Of a DNA stretch of 64,000 nt, positions 18,213 through 28,800 are shown piece after piece. Source of the stretch: Bacilli bacterium (GTDB lineage Bacteria; Bacillota_I; Bacilli_A; RF39; UBA660). The position numbers and the translations under genes were made by a program. The DNA lies in contig JAFYYX010000001.1 in the NCBI GenBank assembly GCA_017548925.1, forward strand, positions 30,829-94,828. The letters are read 5' to 3'. The stretch's first letter is position 1; each line of letters opens with the position of its first letter. A model generated the notes under the pieces. The model saw only the letters and a program-made list of their open reading frames with translations. It was not told the DNA's origin and searched no databases.

Positions 18213-18926
18213 TTAATAATATATTTTTTCTAATGTAAGACCTTTAGCAGGGGCTGTTGATAGCATTTTATCAGTCTTTTTTGAATTTAATAATTCGGTA
18301 ATTCTCTCAGGTTTTGCCTTGTGTTTTCCAACATCTATTAAAGCACCAACCATATTTCTAACCATATATCTATAGAAACTTTTTCCATAAAAATGAATAG
18401 TTAACTTATTGAAAATCTTTCTAAATTTAATATTATAAACAATACAATCATAATTATCTCTTGTTCCACTTACAAAATTTTGAAAATTATGAACACCAAT
18501 AAATAATTTTGAAGCCTGCTTCATTTCTTTTATGTCTAGTTTTTTCTGATAATAAAAATATTCACTATCAAAATCTTTTTTATCAAAACTTATTTTATAA
18601 GAATAATGTTTCTTTTTAACAGAAAATCTTGAATGAATATCATCTGAAACCATATGAATCTTTCTGATTTTGAAATCAGTAGCTTGTTTATTTATAAATT
18701 TTTTAAGTTTAGATATCGATACTGATTTATCAATATTAAAGTGTGCCATCTGGCCTTTTGCATGAACTCCTCTATCTGTTCTGCCGGCACCTTTAATCTT
18801 AATATCATAACCAAAATAAGATGACAATATATCTTCTATATCTTTTTGCACAGAACGCAAATTATTTTGTCTTTGAAAACCATAAAATTTGCTTCCATCA
18901 TAAGATATTTTTATTAAATATCTCAT
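18213..18926 (-). CDS. truA: tRNA pseudouridine(38-40) synthase
   Basis: MRYLIKISYDGSKFYGFQRQ...GAGRTDRGVHA catalytic motif. Confidence 0.9.
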   Translation of the reverse strand: MRYLIKISYDGSKFYGFQRQNNLRSVQKDIEDILSSYFGYDIKIKGAGRTDRGVHAKGQMAHFNIDKSVSISKLKKFINKQATDFKIRKIHMVSDDIHSRFSVKKKHYSYKISFDKKDFDSEYFYYQKKLDIKEMKQASKLFIGVHNFQNFVSGTRDNYDCIVYNIKFRKIFNKLTIHFYGKSFYRYMVRNMVGALIDVGKHKAKPERITELLNSKKTDKMLSTAPAKGLTLEKIYY

Positions 18927-19507
18927 TTTAACTCCCTATAAATGGCTTTTAAAACATCATTTATTTCAGTATAATCATCCGTTAAATGGTTATAATTTCT
19001 AGATTTTAAGACAAAATCTATTAGCTGGTGTTTATCATAATACTCATATACTTTTTCCTTATAAATATCTTTTTTTGAAATATTTTTAACTATTCTATTT
19101 TTATCAAATATTAAGTATTCATCAACTAAATTAATACAAAATGAAAAATCATTTGTTTTTATATAAAAACTTATTCCATAATTTTTTGATAATTTTCTAA
19201 ATAGTCTTTTAAAATATTCTTTTTCTTTGTAACATAAACCTCTATCAAAATAATCTAAAATTATCACTTTTTCATTATTAACAAGATCATTTACTAATCT
19301 TAATTTATTATATTCAGTATTTGAAATATCATTAGATTTTTTTAATAGATAATCTTCTGTTAAATTAACCATTTTTAAAGCTTCTAGAATCTTTTTTGTA
19401 TCTGAATATTTTTTAATATTATCAAGAACGTATACTTCTTTTTTTAAATTTAAAGTTGAGTAAATATTATCACCAATATATGAGTAAATCTTTCCCTTTA
19501 CTTCCAT
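18923..19507 (-). CDS. Degenerate ABC-ATPase-like protein (EcfA' position). Lacks Walker A
   Basis: The C-terminal half aligns by eye to the Walker B / H-loop / C-terminal region of ABC ATPases (KVIILDYFD..., ...YIKTNDFSF..., DEYLIFDKNRIV). No GxxGxGK[ST] anywhere. Sits where ecfA' sits upstream of truA in Firmicutes. Confidence 0.35.
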   Translation of the reverse strand: MEVKGKIYSYIGDNIYSTLNLKKEVYVLDNIKKYSDTKKILEALKMVNLTEDYLLKKSNDISNTEYNKLRLVNDLVNNEKVIILDYFDRGLCYKEKEYFKRLFRKLSKNYGISFYIKTNDFSFCINLVDEYLIFDKNRIVKNISKKDIYKEKVYEYYDKHQLIDFVLKSRNYNHLTDDYTEINDVLKAIYRELK

Positions 19508-20139
19508 AATTCATTCACCAACTTTTCTAAACTATAATATTCTTTGTCTAAAATCCCATAATCTTTTAAATGAGTTGAAAGTTCAACAACAAAAGGTAAA
19601 GAAAAACCATTATGTTTAAGTATTTTTTCTTCTTTTAATACAGACTTAGTACTACCTTCAACAATAACGCCAGAAGCTGATAGTGCAATTAAATATTTAG
19701 TAAACAATACTTCTTCGATATCAGATGTAAAATTATAAAAAATTATATTATTGTCTTTAATATACTTTAAAATTAGATATTTTTGTTTATCGTTTAAAAA
19801 TGTTAAAACGTCATCAAATACAATTCTTGATTTAGTATCACATATTAATGAGATAACTTTAATAAATAATTGTTCTTCAAAAGAAATGTTTATATATCTT
19901 TCATTAAGTAAATCTTTTAAATTATAGTAAGGTATTAACTTCATATCAAATTTTAATGATTTTAATACATCTTTAACACTTAAGTTACCATCAAAAACTT
20001 TAGAATCAATAACAAGAAAGTCTTTTTTAATTAATTCATGAATAATTTTATTTTTAATAATTTCCTCATTATATATTACTGATGTAGAAATATCTGAAAT
20101 ATAAAATTTATACTTATCTATACCAAATATCTTTTGCAT
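19498..20139 (-). CDS. Degenerate ABC-ATPase-like protein (EcfA position). Lacks Walker A and signature motif
   Basis: ISFEEQLF aligns to LSGGQKQR, RIVFDDV to the Walker B, NFTSD to the H-loop, and LKHNGFSLPFVVELS to the EcfA C-terminal LxxxGLDxPFxxEL motif. No P-loop. Confidence 0.35.
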   Translation of the reverse strand: MQKIFGIDKYKFYISDISTSVIYNEEIIKNKIIHELIKKDFLVIDSKVFDGNLSVKDVLKSLKFDMKLIPYYNLKDLLNERYINISFEEQLFIKVISLICDTKSRIVFDDVLTFLNDKQKYLILKYIKDNNIIFYNFTSDIEEVLFTKYLIALSASGVIVEGSTKSVLKEEKILKHNGFSLPFVVELSTHLKDYGILDKEYYSLEKLVNELWK

Positions 20140-20228
20140 ACTATCACCACGTCAAATTATTATACTAAATCTTTTAAAAAATAAAAAGAATTAATACATA
20201 TGTAATAATTCTTTAAAAACTAATCTAA

Positions 20229-20528
20229 CTAATTGCTGCGAATTATAATTTCATCAGGCATTGAATACAAATACTTTTCTCTTGCATACCTTGCTACATA
20301 TTCAGGATTTTCTAGTTTTGTTACTTCTGACTTTAAAGATGCTTCTTCATCAAGCAATTGTTTCTTTTGCATAGTTAATGAATGAATTTGTTTATTATTA
20401 TTCATTATTTGTACCCAATCAGAAAAGACGCTTTTAATCAAAAAAGCGGATAAAGAAATTATTAAAAATGTTATAAGAAACATTCTTCTTTTTTCCTTTT
20501 TACTCTTTCCTTGTTTCATAGACACCAC
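20229..20528 (-). CDS. divIC: Septum formation initiator DivIC/FtsB family
   Basis: Basic N-terminus, single TM, coiled-coil. Synteny yabP-yabQ-divIC. Confidence 0.7.
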   Translation of the reverse strand: MVSMKQGKSKKEKRRMFLITFLIISLSAFLIKSVFSDWVQIMNNNKQIHSLTMQKKQLLDEEASLKSEVTKLENPEYVARYAREKYLYSMPDEIIIRSN

Positions 20529-20568
20529 CTATTGTGTCTAAATTATATCACTTATAAAATGAAAATAA

Positions 20569-20853
20569 TCAATTTTTATGTCGCTTTACATATGACTTTA
20601 CTAAATAAAATAAATATCCTCCACATATCCAAAATACAATAAAACTATAATGTATATACCCGTGATTAATCTTGTAATAAAAATAAATTAAAACTAAAGA
20701 TATCATTATAATAAATACAAAAGAACTAAATATTTTAATAAGCATATTTTTATTAAGTATTAACTTCCTATAAATAGTTAAAATAATTAAGTAAATAAAA
20801 CCCGCAAAAATAGATGATAACCAACTAAATAATTGTAAATTACTACTAATCAT
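20569..20853 (-). CDS. yabQ: YabQ-like small membrane protein (spore cortex biosynthesis)
   Basis: Hydrophobic 94-aa ORF overlapping the yabP stop. Synteny. Confidence 0.5.
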   Translation of the reverse strand: MISSNLQLFSWLSSIFAGFIYLIILTIYRKLILNKNMLIKIFSSFVFIIMISLVLIYFYYKINHGYIHYSFIVFWICGGYLFYLVKSYVKRHKN

Positions 20854-21125
20854 TTAAATAGTTTTGTAAGAATAGATTCTTTGTTATTCTTTTTTGAATC
20901 AGTATAAATAATACTATTAATTTTTCCTTTAATCCTTACATCTCCTTTATCTATATCAAGCAAAGTTATTTCTAAATTACTTCCTTTAACATAAATATTT
21001 CCCATAACTGAATCTAAATAAAATTCTGTATCATCAAAATTATCAATCTTTTTTATTCCTGTTAAAGATAATATTTCTCTATTAAGCATTTTTACCTCAT
21101 GCGTTTTATAAGTATTATTATCCAT
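20850..21125 (-). CDS. yabP: Sporulation protein YabP
   Basis: LTGI..E.FDDTEF.L.SVMG...KG.NL.I..LD.DKGDV.IKG....I.Y...KLFK matches B. subtilis YabP throughout. Confidence 0.8.
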   Translation of the reverse strand: MDNNTYKTHEVKMLNREILSLTGIKKIDNFDDTEFYLDSVMGNIYVKGSNLEITLLDIDKGDVRIKGKINSIIYTDSKKNNKESILTKLFK

Positions 21126-21164
21126 TATTATTCACCTATAAAAATATATGAAATAAATAAATTA

Positions 21165-21190
21165 AAAATACTCTACAAGTAGAGTATTTT
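21165..21190 (-). terminator. spoVG terminator (aaaatactctac aagt agagtatttt)
   Basis: 12-bp stem immediately 3' of spoVG on the minus strand. Confidence 0.6.
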
Positions 21191-21197
21191 AATTATT

Positions 21198-21473
21198 TTA
21201 TTCTCCTGAAGGAATATCTTCAGCTTTCTCATATTCTGCAAGAATTGCGTCTTGGAATTCTTTTCTAACGTCAGAATTTAAAGGATGACAAATATCGCTA
21301 AATCCACCAGTAGCTTTTTTCTTGCTTGGCATAGCGATGAATAAACCATTTTCTCCTTCTATAATTCTTATGTCATGAATAGCAAATGCATCGTCTAGTA
21401 CAACAGAAGCAAATCCTTTGACATTTGATCCTTCACGATCAAATTTTCTTACAGTAACTGATGTAATTTTCAT
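21198..21473 (-). CDS. spoVG: Septation protein SpoVG
   Basis: MKITSVTVRKFDREGSNVKGFASVVLDDAFAIHDIRIIEGENGLFIAMPSKK is close to B. subtilis SpoVG. Start moved to the ATG at 21473, which has SD AGGAGGA. The ORF-track 16-aa extension has no RBS. Confidence 0.9.
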   Translation of the reverse strand: MKITSVTVRKFDREGSNVKGFASVVLDDAFAIHDIRIIEGENGLFIAMPSKKKATGGFSDICHPLNSDVRKEFQDAILAEYEKAEDIPSGE

Positions 21474-21529
21474 TATATCCTCCTTTACCATATAAATATT
21501 ATACCATATTTTTACAAACACAATAAAAA

Positions 21530-21742
21530 TTATTGATATTTTATAATAATTGTTTTTGTAGCGATATCTGAGTAAGCAAATGTTTTTTCACCAGATTTTG
21601 TCATGATACTAAAAATGTTTGGATAAAGTTTATAAATATACCCTTCAAAAATACTTTTTCTATTTCTCATGCCTTTTTCAGTAATAATAACATTTTTATT
21701 TAGTTTCTTTTCAAGTTCGTCTTTAATTACATTTAAATTCAT
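21530..21742 (-). CDS. veg: Veg-like small DNA-binding / biofilm-related protein
   Basis: 70 aa. Synteny ksgA-yabG-veg. Sequence style of Veg (..GYIYKLYPNIFSI..). Confidence 0.7.
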   Translation of the reverse strand: MNLNVIKDELEKKLNKNVIITEKGMRNRKSIFEGYIYKLYPNIFSIMTKSGEKTFAYSDIATKTIIIKYQ

Positions 21743-22512
21743 TATCTAGGAAACCCCACATACATTAAGCCATTTCCTATAAGTCCGCCCATTCCATCAG
21801 CGCCATACTTAGTTTTATTTAATAACTTAATTAAATCAATCTCTTTATTTTTTTCTGTAATTGCAACACACGATGCTATTATCGCAGGATCAAGAGCATG
21901 AATATTTATCCTTTTGGGACTTGATGCATAATTAGCACCAGCCTTAATTAAATCCTCATAATCACTCTGACAAGCACCAGCTATAATAACAAGTTTCTCG
22001 TGGCTTTTTTCATAACTTCTTGCAATTTTTACTGAATCAACATAATATTTTGAATTCTTATAATTATTAATATCTTCTTTATTACCCTTTTTCTTATAAT
22101 ATGCGTCATGCCCTGTAATAACTAAAATATCAGGTTTATATTTATTTAATAATATTTTAATTTGATTAGACATATTTTCTTCTTTAACTTTTTTTCCTAT
22201 TGCATATACCTTTTTAGATTTATAAAACTTTAAACAACTATCTAAATATTCACCATCTCCATCAAGATGAAGAATCTTTCCTGGTAGATAAAAATATTCT
22301 TTATTTCTATCTTCATTATTAGTTATTTCAACATCAAAAGAATTTATATTTGCGTCATTACAAATTTTTAAGTCGTTAGTTGGCGCATCAGCAAGAAGTC
22401 GAACTTCTACACCTTTTAAATATGTTTTATCATTTTCTATCTTAATGATTTTAAAAATCACATCATTATTATAACTGTTGCGAGAAACAATATCCCCAAC
22501 ATTAAAAATCAT
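21742..22512 (-). CDS. yabG: Sporulation-specific protease YabG (peptidase U57)
   Basis: The N-terminus (GDIVSRNSY..DV.FKII.IEND...LKG.EVRL.ADAP..DL) parallels B. subtilis YabG. Synteny. Confidence 0.75.
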   Translation of the reverse strand: MIFNVGDIVSRNSYNNDVIFKIIKIENDKTYLKGVEVRLLADAPTNDLKICNDANINSFDVEITNNEDRNKEYFYLPGKILHLDGDGEYLDSCLKFYKSKKVYAIGKKVKEENMSNQIKILLNKYKPDILVITGHDAYYKKKGNKEDINNYKNSKYYVDSVKIARSYEKSHEKLVIIAGACQSDYEDLIKAGANYASSPKRINIHALDPAIIASCVAITEKNKEIDLIKLLNKTKYGADGMGGLIGNGLMYVGFPR

Positions 22513-22536
22513 AGAATCACCTAATGAATTCTATGA

Positions 22537-23322
22537 TTAATTATAAAGTTTATTACTTATTTCAATATATACATTTAATGGTATTTGTTCAGCTCTAACA
22601 TTATTATCAAAACCATGATCTAATAAAATACTTTGTATTATAGCAAAATTGTCGTTACCTAAATTGTTTTTTAATGTTTTTCTCTTATGACTAAATGCTA
22701 AAGAAGTTACTTTCTTTAAATTATCAACATTAACATTTATATATTGATTCCTATCTTTAATTTTAAAATTTACAACTGCACTTTCAACTTTAGGCACGGG
22801 ATCAAAACAGTATTTACTTACAACAAATAATTTAGATAAATCATATTTATAATTTAATAAAACCGTCATCATTCCATAACTACTTGTTCCAGGTTTAGCA
22901 CAAAATCTATCAGCAACTTCATTTTGAACCATTACTGTCATCTGATCTATATTAATATCAAGAAAAATTAATTTTTCGATTATAGGAGTTGTTATATAGT
23001 ACGGAAGATTAGCTATAACATATAATTTATCATATTTATATTTTGATAATACATTTGTTAAATTAATCTTTAAAATATCTTCATATACTACATTAATTTT
23101 ATCATCTTCTAATTTATCTAAATATTCATGCATTCTTTCATCTATTTCAAACGCTAAAACTCTAGCATTATTTTCTTTTAATACCTTAGTTAAAGCTCCT
23201 TTGCCAGGGCCAATTTCAATTACTAAATCTTTTTCAGTAAAACCTATAGATGAAACAATTTTATTTATAATATTTTTATCTTTTAAAAAGTTTTGTCCAA
23301 AACTTTTTTTCGCTTTTACCAT
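22537..23322 (-). CDS. rsmA: 16S rRNA (adenine1518/1519-N6)-dimethyltransferase
   Basis: KKSFGQNFL..D..I...IV and the NLPY motif. Confidence 0.9.
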   Translation of the reverse strand: MVKAKKSFGQNFLKDKNIINKIVSSIGFTEKDLVIEIGPGKGALTKVLKENNARVLAFEIDERMHEYLDKLEDDKINVVYEDILKINLTNVLSKYKYDKLYVIANLPYYITTPIIEKLIFLDINIDQMTVMVQNEVADRFCAKPGTSSYGMMTVLLNYKYDLSKLFVVSKYCFDPVPKVESAVVNFKIKDRNQYINVNVDNLKKVTSLAFSHKRKTLKNNLGNDNFAIIQSILLDHGFDNNVRAEQIPLNVYIEISNKLYN

Positions 23323-23353
23323 TTTATATCACTCCTTATTAAAAAATAGAATG

Positions 23354-23893
23354 TTACCATCCTATTCTTAAAACATCATAAGTTATAGTAGATCTACCAA
23401 TATATTTGCTAGCATATTCTTCAGTAGAGGTTAATAAATCAAGATTATTCCCCGGAACCCCTCTATCTAATACTATAGCAATTACGGGATCTGGAGAAAT
23501 ACTCTTTTTATTAAACCTAATAATTGTTCCACATGGAAGATTTTTAGATGATGCAACAATTTTTACGATTCCATATTCTTTATCAGGATAATAATCTCTT
23601 CTATCTCTAACATTATACTTGTATGCACAAGCTAAAGTACCTCCACATAAAGGACAATCATGTGCATATCCAGTTAACTGACCAGTATAAGTATCTTTAA
23701 CAGAATATAAATCATTTTCAATCATTTCATTAACTTTTAAAGCCATTGTTGTTAAATCAACATTACGATTAACATTTTCATTTTCAACCTTATTAAGTTT
23801 TACAGTTGTACTTGATCCAGCAATAAAAACGACAAAAAATATTAAGGAAATCTTAATAGATGTAAAGATATATTTCGATAATCTTTTTATCAT
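23354..23893 (-). CDS. 3D-domain (RlpA/MltA-like double-psi beta-barrel) protein, YabE-like
   Basis: N-terminal TM. C-terminal NLPCGTIIRF..IAIVLDRG...LDL 3D-domain motif. Start moved to the ATG at 23893, which has SD GAGAGGTGA. Confidence 0.6.
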   Translation of the reverse strand: MIKRLSKYIFTSIKISLIFFVVFIAGSSTTVKLNKVENENVNRNVDLTTMALKVNEMIENDLYSVKDTYTGQLTGYAHDCPLCGGTLACAYKYNVRDRRDYYPDKEYGIVKIVASSKNLPCGTIIRFNKKSISPDPVIAIVLDRGVPGNNLDLLTSTEEYASKYIGRSTITYDVLRIGW

Positions 23894-23936
23894 ATTATCA
23901 CCTCTCAAATTTGCATATATTCTAACATAATAGCAC

Positions 23937-24698
23937 TTATATGTCAAAAATGTTACTTACATTTTTCCTAGTAATTTCTGCCAATTCTTCCATAGAAATA
24001 TTAAATAAATTTGTTAAGAATTTTGCTATTATAACGATATTTTTACTCTCGTTTTTTTCACCCCTGTAAGGATGAGGTGTCATATATGGAGAATCAGTTT
24101 CTAAAACTATATCAGTTGGAGATAATTTTATTAAAGTATCTTTTAAATTACAATTTTTGAATGTAACTACACCATTAATTCCTAATTTAAACCCCATATC
24201 AAGATATATTTTAGCAACTTCATATGAACCGCTAAAAGAGTGAATAACTCCTTTGACATGATATTTTTTTAATATATCAATAGTATCTTGAACAGCATCA
24301 CGGCTATGAATAACAACAGGAAGATTATATTTTTCAGCTAATTGTAATTGTTTTTCAAATAATTCAAACTGCTTACTTTTATCAAAACCATCATAATGAT
24401 AATCAAGACCTATTTCCCCAATTCCTACTACTTTCTTATTAGATAATTGTTTTTCAAGTTTAATTAATTCTTCATCGGTTACAATAAATGCTTGATCAGG
24501 ATGATAACCAATTGTTGCAAATATGTTTTCATGTGTATTTGCAACATCTATTGCTTCAGTATTTGCAGATTTAGAACATCCACAAGCAATTAATAAATTA
24601 ACGCCTGACTCTTTAGCATTATTAATAACGTTTTCAAAATCATCATAATATTGTTTTTCAAAATGACAATGTGTATCAACAAACATTACAATCACCAC
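23937..24698 (-). CDS. tatD: TatD-family metal-dependent DNase
   Basis: FVDTHCHF...GEIGLDYH...HSRDA...HSFSG motifs. Confidence 0.85.
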   Translation of the reverse strand: MVIVMFVDTHCHFEKQYYDDFENVINNAKESGVNLLIACGCSKSANTEAIDVANTHENIFATIGYHPDQAFIVTDEELIKLEKQLSNKKVVGIGEIGLDYHYDGFDKSKQFELFEKQLQLAEKYNLPVVIHSRDAVQDTIDILKKYHVKGVIHSFSGSYEVAKIYLDMGFKLGINGVVTFKNCNLKDTLIKLSPTDIVLETDSPYMTPHPYRGEKNESKNIVIIAKFLTNLFNISMEELAEITRKNVSNIFDI

Positions 24699-24737
24699 AT
24701 AAATTATAACAAAAAAATATTTCCTAAGATATATTTC

Positions 24738-25232
24738 TTAGGAAATACTTAATAAATTATTTAAATAAATACATAAAAATTTTATTAGTTTTGTATATTT
24801 ATTAATATCACTTACATCAAATAAAACTATAAATCCAGCAGCATTATTATCAAAAGAATATATAAATAAATATAAGTCTTTATTCTGAACAATATTATTA
24901 CTGATTTTAATACATTCTTCTTTACTATTTAAAAAACTAATTAACTTATTATTCATGAAAGTATCAATTAAACTTTTATTACTTGAATATAAAACTTTTT
25001 CTCTATCCGTTATTATATATTCTCCATCTATTACTGAACTTAGTGTTCTATCAATATCTTCAAGAACTTTAATATTTTGTTTTGAGGTTGATTTTTTTTG
25101 CAATAAAATAACATCATTATTAATTGTAAATTCTATATTTTCTCCTTCATTAATATTTAGATATTTTCTTATTTCAACAGGTATTACAACCCTACCTAAT
25201 TCATCAATTCTTCTTATTATACCTTTAGTATT
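24738..25232 (-). CDS. spoVT: Stage V sporulation transcription regulator SpoVT (AbrB-N swapped-hairpin domain plus GAF-like C-terminus)
   Basis: KGIIRRIDELGRVVIPVEIRKYLNINEGENIEF is AbrB/SpoVT-like. A C-terminal part of about 110 aa follows. Probable TTG start at 25232 preceded by GGGAGTGG. The ORF-track N-terminal 56 aa are likely spurious. Synteny mfd-spoVT. Confidence 0.7.
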   Translation of the reverse strand, partial: NTKGIIRRIDELGRVVIPVEIRKYLNINEGENIEFTINNDVILLQKKSTSKQNIKVLEDIDRTLSSVIDGEYIITDREKVLYSSNKSLIDTFMNNKLISFLNSKEECIKISNNIVQNKDLYLFIYSFDNNAAGFIVLFDVSDINKYTKLIKFLCIYLNNLLSIS

Positions 25233-25336
25233 CAAAATACCACTCCCAATAATATTTTGATTTGATGTAAAGGATTTTATACTATTAATTGACTTTTTAA
25301 CAAATAAAAAAGATAATAATTTAAAGAGGTAATAAT

Positions 25337-25819
25337 ATGATAGTTGAAGCAACAATTGAAATACCAATGGGTACACAAAATAAATATGAAGTTGATCCAA
25401 TTACTAGAAGAATTAAATTAGATAGAGTATTATATTCTAGCGTAAGTTATCCTAGTGAATATGGATTTATTGAAAATACTTTATCGGGAGATGGAGATCC
25501 TTTAGATATACTAGTTCTAACAAGTCATCCAACATTTCCTGGATGTATCGTAAAAGGAAGAGTCTTAGGTTATTTGGAACTAATTGATAATGGTTTTACT
25601 GACGAAAAAGTTCTTACAGTTAATGCAACGGATCCAAGATATGATCATATAAAAAACATTGCAGACTTACCTGAGCATACAATAGAAGAGATTAAAGAAT
25701 TTTTTAAAACATATAAACACCTTCAAGGAATAAAAGTTGAAGTTGGTAAAATATATGGTGAAGCTGAAACATTAAAATTAATTGATGAATGTAAAAAAAG
25801 ATTTATTGATAATCAATAA
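25337..25819 (+). CDS. ppa: Inorganic pyrophosphatase, family I
   Basis: IPMGTQNKYEVD...DGDPLDILV...D..D motifs. 160 aa. Confidence 0.9.
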   Translation: MIVEATIEIPMGTQNKYEVDPITRRIKLDRVLYSSVSYPSEYGFIENTLSGDGDPLDILVLTSHPTFPGCIVKGRVLGYLELIDNGFTDEKVLTVNATDPRYDHIKNIADLPEHTIEEIKEFFKTYKHLQGIKVEVGKIYGEAETLKLIDECKKRFIDNQ

Positions 25820-25827
25820 ATCTTTTT

Positions 25828-28800
25828 TTATATTATCTTTTCAAGAAGTGGTACTAAGTAATATAAGAAATGTTTATCATCTTTTTTAATAAAAAACATA
25901 ATTGTTATACAATCATTAGCATACTTAAACTTAAAGTTTGGACTAATTTGCATAGCTTCAATGAATAATAAATCTCCTTTTATTTCCTGGGAAATATTTT
26001 TTGGAAGTGTAATTTCTACCATTCTTTCATTTTGAACTACTCTTGTTATACCGCAAGATTTAGCCATACTATCGAACCATTCTTCATACATATAAATTTC
26101 AAGAGACTCTGGTAATTTACCAAATCTATTTTCAAGTTCTGATTTAACATCATTAAAGGTTTCACTTGAAACAACTTGATTAATAAGTTGATGAATTTCA
26201 ATTTTAATATCTTCATCACTAACATAATCATCACTAATATGAGTCTCAACTTCAACTAAACTATTTGTATCATTAGTTTCTTCTAAAATATCTTCATCAT
26301 TGCCAGACAAACTCTCAGAAATTAGTTTAGTATATAAACTAATACCTATAGAATCTATAAATCCAGCTTGCTCACTACCTATAATATCTCCAGCACCCCT
26401 AATAGATAAATCTTTCATAGCTACTTTATATCCACTACCAAGTTCAGTATATTCTTTAATTGCCTCTAATCTTTTAGATGCAGTTTCAGTTAATATTTTA
26501 CCTGGCCTATATAGTAAATAGGTATATGCTATTTTATTACTTCTACCAACTCTACCTCTAAGTTGATATAACTGACTTAATCCAAATTTATCAGAATCAT
26601 AAACAATTAATGTGTTTGCATTTGATATATCAATACCCGTTTCGATAATAGTAGTACATATTAAAATATCGTATTTATAGTCATAAAAATCATTCATTAT
26701 ATCTTCTAGATCAGTCTTACTCATTTGTCCATGTGCTACACATATTCTTGCATCTGGCGCTAACTTCTTAATTTGATTAGCTTTATTTAATATATGTTCT
26801 ACTGAATTATATAAAATAAATACCTGACCATCTCTGGATAACTCTTTATAAATAGCATCTTTAACTAATAAGTCATTTTCTTCAATTACATATGTTTGAA
26901 TAGGATATCTATCAACAGGTGGTGTATCAATAATAGACATATCTCTTACGCCAGATAAAGCCATTTTCATAGTTCTTGGTATTGGAGTTGCAGATAAAGT
27001 TAAAACATTAACATTAGTTTTTACCTCTTTTATCTTTTCTTTGTGTGCAACACCAAAACGTTGTTCCTCATCTATAATTAATAAACCTAATTTTTTAAAC
27101 TCTATTTCATCATTTAATAATCTATGAGTACCAAAAACCATATCTATTTTTCCTGATTTTAGTCCCTCAACAATATTTTTATATTCTTTTTGTGTAGTAA
27201 ATCTATTAACTAATGCTATTTCTACTGGGTAGTTTTTGAATCTTTCAACAGCACATAAATATTGTTGGTGAGATAAAATTGTTGTTGGACATAAGTACAT
27301 TACTTGATGATTATTAAACACAGTTTTAAACATAGCTCTAAATGCAACTTCAGTTTTACCAAAACCAACATCACCACATAAAAGTCTATCCATTGGTTTT
27401 CTACTTCTTAAATCATCATTAATATCCGATATTGCTCTTACTTGATCTTTTGTAAGTTCATAAATAAATTCAGATGCAAATACATCTTCTTCAGGAACAT
27501 CTACAAAAGCATCACTTAATACATTAGATCTTTCTTTATATAATTTTATTAATTTTTCAGAAATATCATTAATTTTCTTTTTAATTGCAGCTTTAGTTTT
27601 AGCCCAAGTAGTAGAATTTAATTTATTAAGTTTAGGCGGAGTTCCATCTGCATCACCATATTTATATAAGTTATTAATTTTTTCAACTGGTACATATATT
27701 TTATCGTTACCAGCAAAATCAAGTTGTATATAATCTTTGGAAATACCATTTTTAGTAAGATTAATCATACCAACATACTGACAAATACCATAGGTAACAT
27801 GAACTACATAATCTCCTTTTTCTAATTGATCAGAAGATTTTATTTTTTTACCAAAATGATAACTATTTTTAAATTTTATTTTATTATCAACAGTTCCTTC
27901 TAAATCATTAGAAGTAAATACTGCAAGATTATTAACTATAAAACCTTTATTAACTTCAATAGGAAGTACTTTAATTCTATTACTAAGTTCAGAAGCTATT
28001 TTTTCTTTTAATTCTTTATTTTTAGTACAAAAATATACTTTTTTGTTAGAAAGCAATAACTTATCAACATCATCTTTAAATAAATCAAAATTTCCTTTAT
28101 AATTACTAGCTTCTTTTGAATTTAGATCAATATCATCGGTTGAATAATTAAGTTTATTTAAATAATTAAATTTTTTTATTTGAATATCATCAAAGTTGAA
28201 CATTATTTTTTGATATTCTTCATCTTTTCTTTCAAAGTACTCAACTATATCACTTACTAATTTTTTGTAAGCAGCATCAATTTGGGGTTTATCAATGTAA
28301 TAAACCCAATCAGGGTTTATATAATCAACTAAAGAACTATGTTCTTTATCATTAATCTCAGTAAATGGTGTGATTTTTAATGTTGATAACTTATTAGTAG
28401 TCATCTGTGTATCATAATCAAATTCTTTAATACTTTCTACTTCATCATCAAAGAACTCAATTCTAACTGGATAATTACTTCCCATTACGAAAATATCAAC
28501 AACAAAACCTCTTACAGCAAACTCACCAGTTGAAGTAACAAGTGAATCTCGTTTATAACCTAAATCATTAAGTTTTTTAACAAGTTCATCTCTAGATATT
28601 TTAGAACCTATCTTAATATCAATTATACTTTCTGAGTAAGTATGTTGCTGCGGTAAATATCTTAAATAACCCATCAAATTAGTAATAATAATATGATGTT
28701 TATAATTACTATTTAAAACATCTAATCTTGATGCCTTAAACTCAGGAGAAACAGCAATAGCAACAGATGTAATAAAATCATCCATTGGAAACATAGCTAC

